Part shown: positions 44,236-54,544 of the stretch, in pieces | Layout: each line of letters begins with the position of its first letter | Position numbering within the stretch: position 1 is the stretch's first letter | IMG/VR virus record: IMGVR_UViG_3300044667_000059 | Span: 1-60,539 of that record | Length of the DNA: 60,539 nt | Origin: a virus | Taxonomy: Duplodnaviria > Caudoviricetes | Reading direction: 5' to 3' (one strand) | Notes under the pieces: model-generated | Seen by the model: the letters and a program-made list of their open reading frames with translations, nothing else | What the model was told of the DNA's origin: nothing | Databases searched by the model: none | Program-made: the position numbers and the translations under genes

Positions 44236-47200
44236 AGTGCAGATCAATGTGACCATGGTCGACGGCACTGCCGCGACCAAGGACGAGATCAAAGCGAAGT
44301 ACAAGGAGTACGCCGAGGGTTTCCAGCCGATCGAGATCACCGCGACGAATCCGATTGATGAGGCGTTCGTCGCGGAGGTCAACGCCGGCCTGAAAGCCGC
44401 CGGTGAAGAGGCGCTGGATATCCCCGTGACCGCCGACACCGAAGAACTGCGGGCGCAGTTGGTGGAGGATCTGGCGTTCTTCCGGGAGCAGGCCGGGGAC
44501 CCAGTGTTGTTGGCCGCGCCGAACACGGATTCGTGGCGTGAAGGCGTGCTGGGTGCGATCGAGGAGATGCGCGCGGAGATCGCGGGCGCGATACCGGATC
44601 TTGAGATCCCGGTGGAGACGAACGCAGCCGATGTCCTAGCCAGCGTGGTCGCGGATGTGGAGGCGACCCGCGCCGAGATCGGCTCGATTGTGGTCCCGGT
44701 CGAGGCGGACACCGCAGCGTTTGGGTCGTTCGCTGGGGAGATCAACGCGTTCTCGGCCTATCCGTCGTACCCAGGTGCAGCTCGGTTGTCACCGTACGAG
44801 GCGCCGTTCGGCGGTCTGAGTGGCTCCTTGGACAATCCCTATGGGTCGATCGGGTACACGCCGGCTGAGTTGTCGACGATGCAGAGTTTCATCCCGCCGG
44901 GGGCGTATGCGGGCGGCTGGCAGAGTGCGTTCCCACCGTTGAGTGGGGGGCCGCTGTTCGGCGGTGGGGAAGACCTGTCTGCGGCGGCGCGGGCACAGAT
45001 CGCGCAGGCCGGGAACGAGTTGACGTTGCCGGTGAAGGCGACGAACCCGATTGATGACGCGTGGATCGCGCAGGTGCGCTCGTCGATCCGGTCAGTCGCG
45101 GTGGACGCGCTGTCGATCCCGGTGAACCCGGAGTTGGAGGACTTCGAGACCCAGTTGGAGGCGACACTCACCCAGTTGGCGGAAACGTCGAAGCTCGATG
45201 TCCCCGTCGACGTCGGCGACGCGATGATCTTCCGTGAGCAGGTGCAGCAGCTCGTCCAGCAGGTCGAATCGTCGGTCAAAGCGGTGATCGACGTGCAGAT
45301 CAGCAACGAAGGTGCGCTGACCGATCTCCAGCAGAAGACAGCGGCCGCGGCTCAGGCTGATCTGGAGTTGGTGGCAGCGCAGGACAAACTGAACCAAGCC
45401 ACGGCATCCGGTGATGACGACGCGATCGTCAAGGCCCGCAACGACGTCGAGGCCGCGACCAAGGCCGACAAGGACGCTACCGAGGCGTTGACAGCAGCGC
45501 AGGCGGCGGCGGCCGAGGGTGAGGAGGTGGTCGCGGACGCGACGAACAAGGCGTCGCTGTCGATGCGTGGCCTCATGGACGCCATGGGCCCACTTTGGAT
45601 GATCATGAATGTTGCGCAGATTGCGATGTTCGCGTTCGGTGGCTCGTCCTCGTCGGCCGCGACCCAAGCGCAGGACGCGTCCTCGCAGATCATCGCGTTG
45701 GGTGAGGCGACCGGGCAGACCGCGCAGAACCTGCTGATGGGCAACCAAGCCACCCAGCAGACAGCCTCCGACCTGAACAAGGCGGGCACGTCGGCAACCC
45801 AGTTCTCGCAGGCGTTCGCGACCGGTGCGGCGTCGGCGAAGGAATACGTGACGTCGCTGCAAGCACAGCAGCAAGCGCTGGCGAACCAGCACACCACCAT
45901 CACGCAGACCATCATGGACAACGCCGACCAGACGAACACGACCGTCCAAACAACCGTGTCGATCGCGCAACTGTCCGGCATGGTCCAGCAGCACACCGTC
46001 GCGTTGAGTGATCTGACGCCGGCACAGCAGAAGGCGGTCCAGCAGTACGACGCGCTAGGCGGGTCCGGTGGTGCGATCGCCCAGGCCCAGAATGCCTTGA
46101 ACGGGCTGCTCGCGACCGAGAAACAACAGGACCAAACCCTGGCCGCGCTCGGTGTGCACCTGTCCGAGGCACAGAAGCTGTACGAGAACTACGGCTTCGG
46201 TGTGCAGTCAGCGGCGAAGGGCCTCGCGGACGCTGAGGCCGGGTCGACGTACCTGGAGGACTCCGTCGACAAGGCGTCGATCGCGGCTGGTCAGGGTGTG
46301 CAGCAGTGGCAGCAGCTACAGGCCGCGGTGACCTCGGCGCGGCAGGCGTACGACGCGGCTGGTCAGGGTGTGGCTAATGCTGAGCATTCGGTGGAGCAGG
46401 CGCAGCAGGGTGTGGCGTCGGCGATCCATGCGGAGCAGCAGGCTGTGTTGGCGGTCCAGGCGGCGCAGACCGCGTACACGAACAGCTTGTATCAGGAGGG
46501 GCAGGCGCAGCAGGCGGTGACGGCGGCTCGTGCGGCAGCCGAGCAGCAACTGATCTCGCTCCAGTTGCAGGCGAACGACGCTGCGACGTCGGTGGACAAC
46601 GCGAACCTGAGCTTGTTCAACGCGCAGCAGAACGCCGGGAAGTACGGGGTGAACGCTGGGAATGCGCAGCAGATAGCGGACACCCAGAACATCACGGCCG
46701 CAAACGCCGCGCAGGTCCAGGCCGCGATCCAACTGGTCCAGGCCGAGAACGCACTCGCGGACGCGCAGAACTCCAGTACGAACGCGCAGTCGTCGCTGAA
46801 CACCGCTCGGCAGCAGGGCGTCGACGGCAACCCGCAGGTCCTGGCGGCTGAACACGCGCTCCAGCAGGCGCAGGATGCGGTCGCGACGGCCGCGCAGGGT
46901 GTCACCAATGCGCAATACGCCCAGCTGCAGGCCGCCCAACAGGTGGGCAACGCGGAATGGTCCCTCCAGGCGGCGAGCCTTGCGGTCGGACAGGCGGAGA
47001 ACGCTGAGGCGAGCGCGGCGGCCGCACTGAACACGGCACAGCAGAACCTTGGGCTCTCCACGGACGGCCACACCCGCTCGGTGGACGCGAACACGCTGGC
47101 GGGTGCGCAGAACCGGCAGGAGCTGGCGAACCTGTTCATCGCGTTGCAGAACGCGACCGGGAATACGCAGATCGCGACGCAGTGGACCGAGCAGTACGGC

Positions 47201-48247
47201 GGCCAGATGGACTTCTCGAAACAGAGCATCGATAACGTTCTGGGCTCGTTGAAGGGTCTCAACGGGACGAACGCGAAGTTCTCCATCGAGGGTGACCCGT
47301 CGATCAACATGATGCAGTTGAGGCAGGACGCGCTTCAGATCGGTCTCGACGTCAACGCCCTGTTCGGTGGCGGTCACGCGGTCGGCGGCCCGGTTGGCAG
47401 CGGTATCGCCCTGGTGGGTGAGCAGGGACCAGAGCTGGTGCACCTGGCACCTGGATCGACGGTGATGCCGTACGCGAACACGCAGAAGATGTTGAAGGGT
47501 TTCGCGGCCGGCGGGTCGGTGGGGTCGCTGGACAACCCGATGAACGCGCTGACGGCGAACTTCCCGATGGCGGCCGGGTGGGCGGCATGGGATGCCGTGG
47601 CGCAAACCAACCACGTCCTCGGGGGTGGCCCCACACCCCAGTTGCCGGCGCCGGGAAACAACGATCTTGGCCCGTTCGCGGCTGGGGCAGCAGCGGCTGG
47701 TGGTTCCATGGCGGCATCGTCCGCGATCGCGGCGGCGGCGCAGGCGTACGCGGCGAGTCGCCTCGCGGCGCACGGGTGGGGCCCGGACCAGATGCCCCCG
47801 TTGATCAAATTGTGGAATCAGGAGTCGGGGTGGAACCCGTACGCCGTCAACCCGAGCAGCGGCGCGTACGGCATCCCCCAGTCGTTGGGCCACGGGCACC
47901 CGTACGACCTCGGCGATTACGTGGCCCAGGTCAACTGGGGCGAGGACTACATCGCCGGCCGCTACGGCAGTCCAGCGGCGGCGTGGGCGCACGAGCGGGC
48001 GTTCAACTGGTACCGGGCAGGTGGATCGTCCGGTGGTGGTCTCGCGATGGTCGGCGAGGAAGGCCCGGAACTGGTGACGGTCGGCGGTGGCACGCCGGTG
48101 GCGGCGCCCGGACAGCATGCACCGGGTGTGATGCGGATCGAGTTCGGTGGCGGCGCGGACGGGTGGATGGCGTCGGCGTTCAAGAACGCCGTGCGGGCCG
48201 GACAGATCCGGTTCACCCTGAACGGGACGCAGGTGGTGGTGGGATGA
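44228..48247 (+). CDS. Tape measure protein with C-terminal lytic transglycosylase-like domain
   Basis: 1339 aa, A/Q-rich helical; LWNQESGWNP.A.NPSSGAYGIPQ...YIAGRYG; two VGExGPEL motifs. Confidence 0.92.
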   Translation: MNEVQINVTMVDGTAATKDEIKAKYKEYAEGFQPIEITATNPIDEAFVAEVNAGLKAAGEEALDIPVTADTEELRAQLVEDLAFFREQAGDPVLLAAPNTDSWREGVLGAIEEMRAEIAGAIPDLEIPVETNAADVLASVVADVEATRAEIGSIVVPVEADTAAFGSFAGEINAFSAYPSYPGAARLSPYEAPFGGLSGSLDNPYGSIGYTPAELSTMQSFIPPGAYAGGWQSAFPPLSGGPLFGGGEDLSAAARAQIAQAGNELTLPVKATNPIDDAWIAQVRSSIRSVAVDALSIPVNPELEDFETQLEATLTQLAETSKLDVPVDVGDAMIFREQVQQLVQQVESSVKAVIDVQISNEGALTDLQQKTAAAAQADLELVAAQDKLNQATASGDDDAIVKARNDVEAATKADKDATEALTAAQAAAAEGEEVVADATNKASLSMRGLMDAMGPLWMIMNVAQIAMFAFGGSSSSAATQAQDASSQIIALGEATGQTAQNLLMGNQATQQTASDLNKAGTSATQFSQAFATGAASAKEYVTSLQAQQQALANQHTTITQTIMDNADQTNTTVQTTVSIAQLSGMVQQHTVALSDLTPAQQKAVQQYDALGGSGGAIAQAQNALNGLLATEKQQDQTLAALGVHLSEAQKLYENYGFGVQSAAKGLADAEAGSTYLEDSVDKASIAAGQGVQQWQQLQAAVTSARQAYDAAGQGVANAEHSVEQAQQGVASAIHAEQQAVLAVQAAQTAYTNSLYQEGQAQQAVTAARAAAEQQLISLQLQANDAATSVDNANLSLFNAQQNAGKYGVNAGNAQQIADTQNITAANAAQVQAAIQLVQAENALADAQNSSTNAQSSLNTARQQGVDGNPQVLAAEHALQQAQDAVATAAQGVTNAQYAQLQAAQQVGNAEWSLQAASLAVGQAENAEASAAAALNTAQQNLGLSTDGHTRSVDANTLAGAQNRQELANLFIALQNATGNTQIATQWTEQYGGQMDFSKQSIDNVLGSLKGLNGTNAKFSIEGDPSINMMQLRQDALQIGLDVNALFGGGHAVGGPVGSGIALVGEQGPELVHLAPGSTVMPYANTQKMLKGFAAGGSVGSLDNPMNALTANFPMAAGWAAWDAVAQTNHVLGGGPTPQLPAPGNNDLGPFAAGAAAAGGSMAASSAIAAAAQAYAASRLAAHGWGPDQMPPLIKLWNQESGWNPYAVNPSSGAYGIPQSLGHGHPYDLGDYVAQVNWGEDYIAGRYGSPAAAWAHERAFNWYRAGGSSGGGLAMVGEEGPELVTVGGGTPVAAPGQHAPGVMRIEFGGGADGWMASAFKNAVRAGQIRFTLNGTQVVVG

Positions 48248-51078
48248 CCACGTTCCCCGCGTCGTTCCCGACGACATCGGTGCTGCCGGTGACGTGTGAG
48301 ATGTTCGCCGCGAACGACTGGCACGACATCACGTCGGACGTGCTGACTCGCGAGTCGGGCAACATCACCATCACCCGCGGGCTGCCGAACGAGGCGACCA
48401 GCATCACAGCGTCGCAGTGCCAGTTCGAGGTCAATAACCGGCTCCACAACGGCGAATCCGGGCTGCGGTACTCACCAAACGACCCAATGGGGCCGTTCTA
48501 CGGCAGCATCGGCCGGAACACACCGGTGCGAATCAGCATCGGCGCGGAGGTGGACACGTTCGCCCGGACGGTGTCGAACGGGTGGGGAACCAACGACTCT
48601 GGTGACTCGTACAGCTACGTGTTCGCCGGGTCCGGTGACGGCACGAATAGTTTCGCCGTCAGCGGCGGTGTGGGCACGCAGACCGTGTCCAGCACCGCGG
48701 CGTACGTGATAGCACACACGACGCAGACGTGGTCGGACGTGGACGTCGCGGTCACCGTGTCCGTCCTGCCGGGTGTCGGGGTGACCGGCGGGCAGATCGA
48801 ACCGGCGAACATTGTGCTACGCGGCCAGTCCTCGACCCTGTACTACATGGTCCGGTGCACCATCCAGACCGGTGGCGCGGTGACGCTGCAACTGATGGAC
48901 TACAACAACACCGCCATCGCGAGTGCGGTGACCGCCACGGTGACTCACTCGGCGGCGACGTTGCGGGTCCGGGCGCAGGTGGAGGGTGGCACGCTCCGCG
49001 CGAAGGTGTGGGACCCGTCCACGACGGAACCGTCCGGGTGGCTGGTGGTCGGGAACTACATGGACGGTGTGATCAGTTCGGGGATGCAGCAGATCGACAC
49101 CGCCGGTTGGGTGGGTGTTCGGTCCGGTATCTCGGCGGGGAACACGAACGCGAACCCGATCGTGTTCTCCTACAGCAACCTGGTGATCCGGGTGCCGCGT
49201 TACGCCGGGTACCTGTCGTCACTGGTTCCCACGTCGGACGTGTCCGGGATCGACAAGTACATGCACGCCACCGTCGCCGGGCCGCTACGGCAACTGAACC
49301 AGGGACAGTTGCCCGGGCAATCGACGCTGCGGCACGACATTCCAAGCCTCGCGAACCTGGTCGCGTATTGGCCGTGCGAAGACGGGTCCGCCGCGACACA
49401 GTTCGCTTCCGCTTTCCCTGGTGGGACGCCGATGGCGTTGGGGATCAACACGACGGGGACACCTCCGACGCTCGCGTCGGACTCGACGTTTGTCGGCAGC
49501 GCGCCGCTGCCCGTGGTGAACGCGTCGTCGTGGCTGGGCTACGTCGGGTCGTACCTGGTGCCGGTGCCAGCGGCGGTGCAGGTGCGGTGCCTGGTGCACC
49601 TCCCAGCCGCCGGGACACTCGCCGACGGAACGTCCATCATCCGATTCTGGACCTACGGTCAGGGGTCGGGCACCACCCGGTGGTTGATCTACTACGGCAA
49701 CGTCGGTTCGAGCGGCAATCTCGGTGTGACGACCATCGACCCGCTCGGGAACGTGGTCAATGACACGGGAGAGATCGCGTTCGGCTTGGACGGGAAAGCG
49801 TTTCGACTCGGCTTGTCGATCACTCAGTCCGGGTCGAACCTGAACTGTCAGCTGTCGGCCTACACGCAGAACGCGCCGGCCGCGGGCTACACCAACTTCA
49901 CGATCAACAACTATGCGGTGACCTCGGTGCAGGCGGTGCAGGTCGGTTCGTCGGACCTGGGCTTGACGCAGACAGCGGTGGGTCATGTGACGGTGGAGGA
50001 TGCCGCGACCGACATTTTCGCGTTGTCGCAACAGTTCAACGGGTTCGTCGGCGAACACGCGTCCGACAGACTCAAGAGGCTGTGCGGGTATATCGGTACG
50101 GAGTTCAACTATGTCGGCGACTCCACCGCGAAATCGGTGCAGATGGGTCCGCAGCCGGTTGACACGATCCTGAACCTGATCACGTCGTGTGCGACCACGG
50201 ACGGTGGCCTGTTGTATGAGGGGAAGGGTAGTCCGGCGCTTGTGTACCGGACGTCAGGCGGGCACCTGAACCCTGGTGGCGCGCAAGTCGCGCTCGACGC
50301 AGGCCAGAATCAGCTGTCGGCGTGGCCCCAGGTCACCTACGACGACTTGCAGCTGCACAACGACATCATCGCGCAGCGCACCGGTGGGTCTTCGTACGAG
50401 ACGAGCCTCACCACGGGCGCGCTGTCGACGCAGGCACCACCGAACGGTGTCGGTATCTACTCGAACTCGCTGACGGTGAACACCCAGACAGACCTGATGC
50501 TCGTCGACGTAGCCGGGTGGGCGCTGCACCTCGGGACGGTGCCGGACGCCCGCTACCCACAGGTGTCGATCAACATGGCGTCCACGCACCTCACGGCGAA
50601 CGCGGCGTTGTGGTGGGCGATCCTCGGTCTGAACCCTGATGACTTCGCGACCATCGCGAATCTTGCCGCCGACACGGTGACACTGCTGGTGCGCGGCTAC
50701 ACCGAGGTGCTGACACAGCTCAGCTACACCTTCGTGTGGAACTGCGCGCCCGGCAGCCCATACACGGCTGCGATCCTGGACCAGAGCTTCCGGTTGGACT
50801 CGGACGGGACCACGTTGCACGCGGTCATTAACACCACAGCGAACTCGTTCCAGGTGGACATTTCCGACGGCACCCTGTGGACCACCGTCTCGTCGGACTG
50901 GCCGTTCGACGTTGTTGTGGACGGTGAGCGGATGACCGTTGGCTCAGTGTCCGGCACCTCCTCGCCGCAGACGTTCTCATCGGTCACTCGGTCGGTGAAC
51001 GGCGTGGTCAAGACCCACTCGGCCGGGGCGAAGGTGTCCCTGTTCACGCCGTGCTACCTGGGGATGGGGGGCAACTGA
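48244..51078 (+). CDS. Large minor tail/baseplate protein (LamG-like domain)
   Basis: ATGA overlap; WHDITSDV...ITITRG; LVAYWPCEDG; C-terminal VDGERMTV...TRSVNG. Confidence 0.85.
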   Translation: MTTFPASFPTTSVLPVTCEMFAANDWHDITSDVLTRESGNITITRGLPNEATSITASQCQFEVNNRLHNGESGLRYSPNDPMGPFYGSIGRNTPVRISIGAEVDTFARTVSNGWGTNDSGDSYSYVFAGSGDGTNSFAVSGGVGTQTVSSTAAYVIAHTTQTWSDVDVAVTVSVLPGVGVTGGQIEPANIVLRGQSSTLYYMVRCTIQTGGAVTLQLMDYNNTAIASAVTATVTHSAATLRVRAQVEGGTLRAKVWDPSTTEPSGWLVVGNYMDGVISSGMQQIDTAGWVGVRSGISAGNTNANPIVFSYSNLVIRVPRYAGYLSSLVPTSDVSGIDKYMHATVAGPLRQLNQGQLPGQSTLRHDIPSLANLVAYWPCEDGSAATQFASAFPGGTPMALGINTTGTPPTLASDSTFVGSAPLPVVNASSWLGYVGSYLVPVPAAVQVRCLVHLPAAGTLADGTSIIRFWTYGQGSGTTRWLIYYGNVGSSGNLGVTTIDPLGNVVNDTGEIAFGLDGKAFRLGLSITQSGSNLNCQLSAYTQNAPAAGYTNFTINNYAVTSVQAVQVGSSDLGLTQTAVGHVTVEDAATDIFALSQQFNGFVGEHASDRLKRLCGYIGTEFNYVGDSTAKSVQMGPQPVDTILNLITSCATTDGGLLYEGKGSPALVYRTSGGHLNPGGAQVALDAGQNQLSAWPQVTYDDLQLHNDIIAQRTGGSSYETSLTTGALSTQAPPNGVGIYSNSLTVNTQTDLMLVDVAGWALHLGTVPDARYPQVSINMASTHLTANAALWWAILGLNPDDFATIANLAADTVTLLVRGYTEVLTQLSYTFVWNCAPGSPYTAAILDQSFRLDSDGTTLHAVINTTANSFQVDISDGTLWTTVSSDWPFDVVVDGERMTVGSVSGTSSPQTFSSVTRSVNGVVKTHSAGAKVSLFTPCYLGMGGN

Positions 51079-51578
51079 TGGCTTACTGGGCAGCGGGCAT
51101 GAAGCTCACCGGCGCGCGGATGAACGCCGCGCCGGGCCGGTACCCGGTCGGCGGCGACCAACGCGGCACGGGCACGGTGTCCACGTCGGGCACCACCGAG
51201 TTGGCGGTGTGCACCACGGACGTCCTCGCGCTCGACGCCAGTTCGCTGTACGTGATCACGTTCGCGACCCAGGCGGCCACTAACAGTTCGACCGCTGAAC
51301 GCTGGATTCAGCGGATCCGTAAGACCAACGTGACCGGGACTCAGCTCGCGGTGGACCATCTCTCGCCGGCCAATGAGGCCGGGGAACCGATCGGCGAGGT
51401 GCTTACCTGGCTGTACCCGACGACCGCGACGGAGAACACCGCGTTCTGTGGGACGTTCGTGCGGGACACGTCCAACAGTGCTGGGAACACGGCGACGTTC
51501 GGCGGCTCACCGGCCAGCGGTACGTACATTTTGGTGGAGAAACTGCTGTTCTTGAACGGTGTCATGGAGACCACGTGA
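51078..51578 (+). CDS. Minor tail protein
   Basis: TGATG coupling; WAAGMKLTGARMN N-terminus. Confidence 0.75.
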   Translation: MAYWAAGMKLTGARMNAAPGRYPVGGDQRGTGTVSTSGTTELAVCTTDVLALDASSLYVITFATQAATNSSTAERWIQRIRKTNVTGTQLAVDHLSPANEAGEPIGEVLTWLYPTTATENTAFCGTFVRDTSNSAGNTATFGGSPASGTYILVEKLLFLNGVMETT

Positions 51579-51621
51579 CGGTCAGGACCTACAGTTAACT
51601 GGAGCTTGGAAGGAGGCGAGC

Positions 51622-51840
51622 TTGAGTGGCCTGGGCACCCTCTTCGTTGGCATCGCGGCAATCATCAGCTCGCTCGTCTCGGCCGGTGCGCTGCTGGTCA
51701 GTGTCCGGCGTGGTAGCAACCGGGAAAACCAGCGCGCGGCGGAGGTCGCTGTCCAGGTGGTCCAGAACGCGTCCTCACCGGAGGGTGACAGCAACGTGGT
51801 CGTCATCGACCCGAAGGAGCGCGGTGTGAATGGACACTGA
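51622..51840 (+). CDS. Small single-TM lysis-cassette protein
   Basis: AAGGAGG RBS before TTG; N-terminal TM. Confidence 0.65.
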   Translation: MSGLGTLFVGIAAIISSLVSAGALLVSVRRGSNRENQRAAEVAVQVVQNASSPEGDSNVVVIDPKERGVNGH

Positions 51841-52471
51841 GCGGGTCGTTGAGCACGCTGCGGTTGCCGCGCGTGACCCGAAGTGGCGTCGCCTCGCCAC
51901 CGTGTTCGCTGGGCTGATGGTGGTGGCCACGGTCGCGGCGGTTGTGTTGGCGTTCTTGAACTTCGCGGAGGCGCAACGCCTGGCGCAACAGCAGGCCGAT
52001 GCGGCGCTTGCGGCGCAGCAGTTGGCGCAGCAGGTGCGGTCGATGGGTGGCGTGCCGGCTGTGTCGCCGCCGGCGCCGGTGACTGGCCCGGTGGGTCCTG
52101 CTGGGGCGGCTGGCCAGAACGGCGCACCAGGTCCCCCTGGACCGCAGGGCCCGGAGGGTCCGCCTGGGCCGACGGGCCCGACTGGCCCGGTTGGGTTGGC
52201 TGGGCCGGCCGGCGCGAATGGTGTGAACGGCCAGCCTGGCGTGGATGGTCCCAGTGGCCCTGCTGGGCCGTCCGGTGTGCAGGGGCCTGCTGGGCCGGCT
52301 GGCCCGCAGGGGGCACCTGGCCCGACTGGTCCCGCAGGGCAGGACGGTAGGCCGCCGTCGGGTTGGTCGTGGACGGACAAGTTCGGCACGACGTACACGT
52401 GCACCCGCGACAACACGGATGACTCGAATCCGACGTATGCCTGTACGGCGACGAAAGGACCTCTGGGATGA
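51830..52471 (+). CDS. Membrane-anchored collagen-like protein
   Basis: TM helix, coiled coil, long Gly-X-Y run, C-terminal YTC...YAC. Confidence 0.85.
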   Translation: MDTERVVEHAAVAARDPKWRRLATVFAGLMVVATVAAVVLAFLNFAEAQRLAQQQADAALAAQQLAQQVRSMGGVPAVSPPAPVTGPVGPAGAAGQNGAPGPPGPQGPEGPPGPTGPTGPVGLAGPAGANGVNGQPGVDGPSGPAGPSGVQGPAGPAGPQGAPGPTGPAGQDGRPPSGWSWTDKFGTTYTCTRDNTDDSNPTYACTATKGPLG

Positions 52472-53493
52472 CGACCCCTACCCGCACGCCCGGCCGGTAC
52501 GGCCGCAAGCCGAACGACCCCACACGGGACCGTGTTTGCCTCACTGCGGCGCACGTTCCCGCGTCCTACTCGCCGCCAGCCACCGTGGACCGCTACTCAG
52601 CGGTGCCGGCCGCGTCGTGGGGCATGGACGGTAACGACTCGGTCGGCGATTGCACGTGCGCCGATGTGGACCACGAGGTGAAGGCGGCACAGGTCGCGGC
52701 CGGCAACCCGCAAGTGCAGTCCACGGCGGCCGAGGTGCTCGCGGCGTACTCGGCGATCACCGGCTACAACCCGGACGACCCGTCCACGGATCAGGGCGCG
52801 GAGATGCAGGCCGTGCGGGACTATTGGCGCACGACTGGGTTCACGCTCGGCGGGACCGTGCACAAGGTGGTGTTGTTCGCGGAGCTGCCGTGCCAGGACA
52901 CCACGACGGTGCGGTGGGCATTGGACCAGTTCGGCACGGTCGGTGTCGGGGTGAACCTGCCGGCCGCTGCGCAGCAGCAGTTCGCGGACGGGCAGCCGTG
53001 GGATGTGGTCGCGGACGACGGCGGGATCGACGGTGGCCACGCGGTCGCCCTGGTGGGCTACGACACCGACTACGCGTACGTGCTGACGTGGGGTCAGGTG
53101 CAGCGGGCGACGTGGGCATGGTGGGCCCGCTACGTCGAGGAGTGCTGGACCACGTTGGACGAGGACTTCGTCAACACCGCCTCGGGCAAGGACGAGTTGG
53201 GTGGGACCCTGTATGACCTCGGCGCGCAGTTCGAGAGGGTGACCGGCCAGCCCAATCCGTTTCCGGCGCCACAGCCTAGTCCAGCTCCTGTGCCTGTTCC
53301 TTCGCCGACTCCTGAACCGGTGCCGCAGCCTGTTCCGCCGTCACCCACACCGGGGCCGGCGCCGGACACCGATCCGGTCGATCTCGCGTTGGTGGCCGTG
53401 GCGGGGCCGTGGGCGAACGAGGAGCACCTGACCCACACTGCTCGCGCGGTCGCGCGGGCGATCCGTACGTGGCGCCAGAGCAAGGGCTTGTGA
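52468..53493 (+). CDS. Papain-like cysteine peptidase
   Basis: [11 protein letters not shown] (Cys), [11 protein letters not shown] (His), LTWG; Pro-rich linker and short C-terminal domain. Confidence 0.75.
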   Translation: MTTPTRTPGRYGRKPNDPTRDRVCLTAAHVPASYSPPATVDRYSAVPAASWGMDGNDSVGDCTCADVDHEVKAAQVAAGNPQVQSTAAEVLAAYSAITGYNPDDPSTDQGAEMQAVRDYWRTTGFTLGGTVHKVVLFAELPCQDTTTVRWALDQFGTVGVGVNLPAAAQQQFADGQPWDVVADDGGIDGGHAVALVGYDTDYAYVLTWGQVQRATWAWWARYVEECWTTLDEDFVNTASGKDELGGTLYDLGAQFERVTGQPNPFPAPQPSPAPVPVPSPTPEPVPQPVPPSPTPGPAPDTDPVDLALVAVAGPWANEEHLTHTARAVARAIRTWRQSKGL

Positions 53494-53502
53494 GGTGGTC
53501 GC

Positions 53503-54330
53503 ATGGTCCTGATGTACGACAGCGTCACCCCGTCCGCGATCCCGTCAAACGCGGCAGCGGTGGCCGGGTACGTGGATGGCGCGTACCGGTGGTCCGATGC
53601 GGACTGGGCGCGGTTTCCCGGCGCGGTGAAGGTCCGCATTGCGGTGTTCCCTTGGACCCCTGACGGGCATGTGCTGGATGTCGAACGGGGTGACGCCACG
53701 CCGGGTCAGGCTCCGGGGTGGGTGGCGATGCGGCAGCGGGCTGGCCTGAAGCAGCCGCAGATCTACTGCAACGCCAGCACGCTGCCCGCTGTCCGTGCCG
53801 CGTTCGCCGCTGTCGCGATGCCGGTGCCGCCGATCTGGGTGGCGCAGTACGACGGCGTGCCCACCATCCCGGCCGGGTGCGTGGCGAAACAGTACGCCGA
53901 CCCGCCTTCGTCGGGCGGGAACTACGACGTGTCCAACGTCAGCCAGGCGTTCTTGGACGCCGTGACAGGAGGAACCGTGACCGCACCATCCGCAAACGAC
54001 AACGCCACCACCCTCATCAACTGGCCACTGGCCACGCCGGAAGCCCCGGCGGGCACCAAGGGGCGTCAGCTCGGCGACGTGTGGGCCGACGCCGAGCGCG
54101 TCAAGGACCTCACCAACGGCACCGTGATCCCGCTGCTGAAGGCGATCCAGGCGGCCGTGACCCAGACCGACGCGGACGTGAAGACCAGCACCAGCAGCAT
54201 CCTCGCCGCCGTGGCGGCCGGAGTGCAGGTGACCCTGACCGCCGAGCAGGCCGCCCAGATCGAGGCGCAACTGGCGCACGCGCTGCCCGGTTACGTCGTC
54301 AACATCACCCCGGCCCCGGCCGCGAACTGA
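53503..54330 (+). CDS. Endolysin, GH25-like muramidase
   Basis: MYDS...AGYVDG, LDVERGD (DxE), PQIYC, WVAQY, KQY, YDVS; precedes holin. Confidence 0.75.
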   Translation: MVLMYDSVTPSAIPSNAAAVAGYVDGAYRWSDADWARFPGAVKVRIAVFPWTPDGHVLDVERGDATPGQAPGWVAMRQRAGLKQPQIYCNASTLPAVRAAFAAVAMPVPPIWVAQYDGVPTIPAGCVAKQYADPPSSGGNYDVSNVSQAFLDAVTGGTVTAPSANDNATTLINWPLATPEAPAGTKGRQLGDVWADAERVKDLTNGTVIPLLKAIQAAVTQTDADVKTSTSSILAAVAAGVQVTLTAEQAAQIEAQLAHALPGYVVNITPAPAAN

Positions 54331-54341
54331 AGGAGCCACCC

Positions 54342-54542
54342 ATGTCCCGCTACTCGAAGGCCATCGCCGCGCTGCTGGGCGGTCTCACCCCGGCTGTCGT
54401 GATGGTCCTGCTCGGCCTGGTCGGTGTGCACGTGGGTGTGACGGTGGCGACGGGGATCTGCACGGTCGCCGCGACGCTCGCCACCATCCTCGCCCCGGCC
54501 AACGCGACGGCGCGGCCGCCTGTGGTCAACCCGAAGCCCTGA
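54342..54542 (+). CDS. Holin-like two-TM protein
   Basis: AAGGAG RBS; RYSKAIAALLG..., two TM helices, PAN tail. Confidence 0.75.
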   Translation: MSRYSKAIAALLGGLTPAVVMVLLGLVGVHVGVTVATGICTVAATLATILAPANATARPPVVNPKP

Positions 54543-54544
54543 CC

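Noticed and set aside
46316-48277. Long antisense ORFs (also 32091-34109, 29653-31413, 24794-26095, 8984-10105, 12755-14449)
   Set aside because: Shadow ORFs opposite well-supported genes, expected in high-GC DNA; no recognisable motifs
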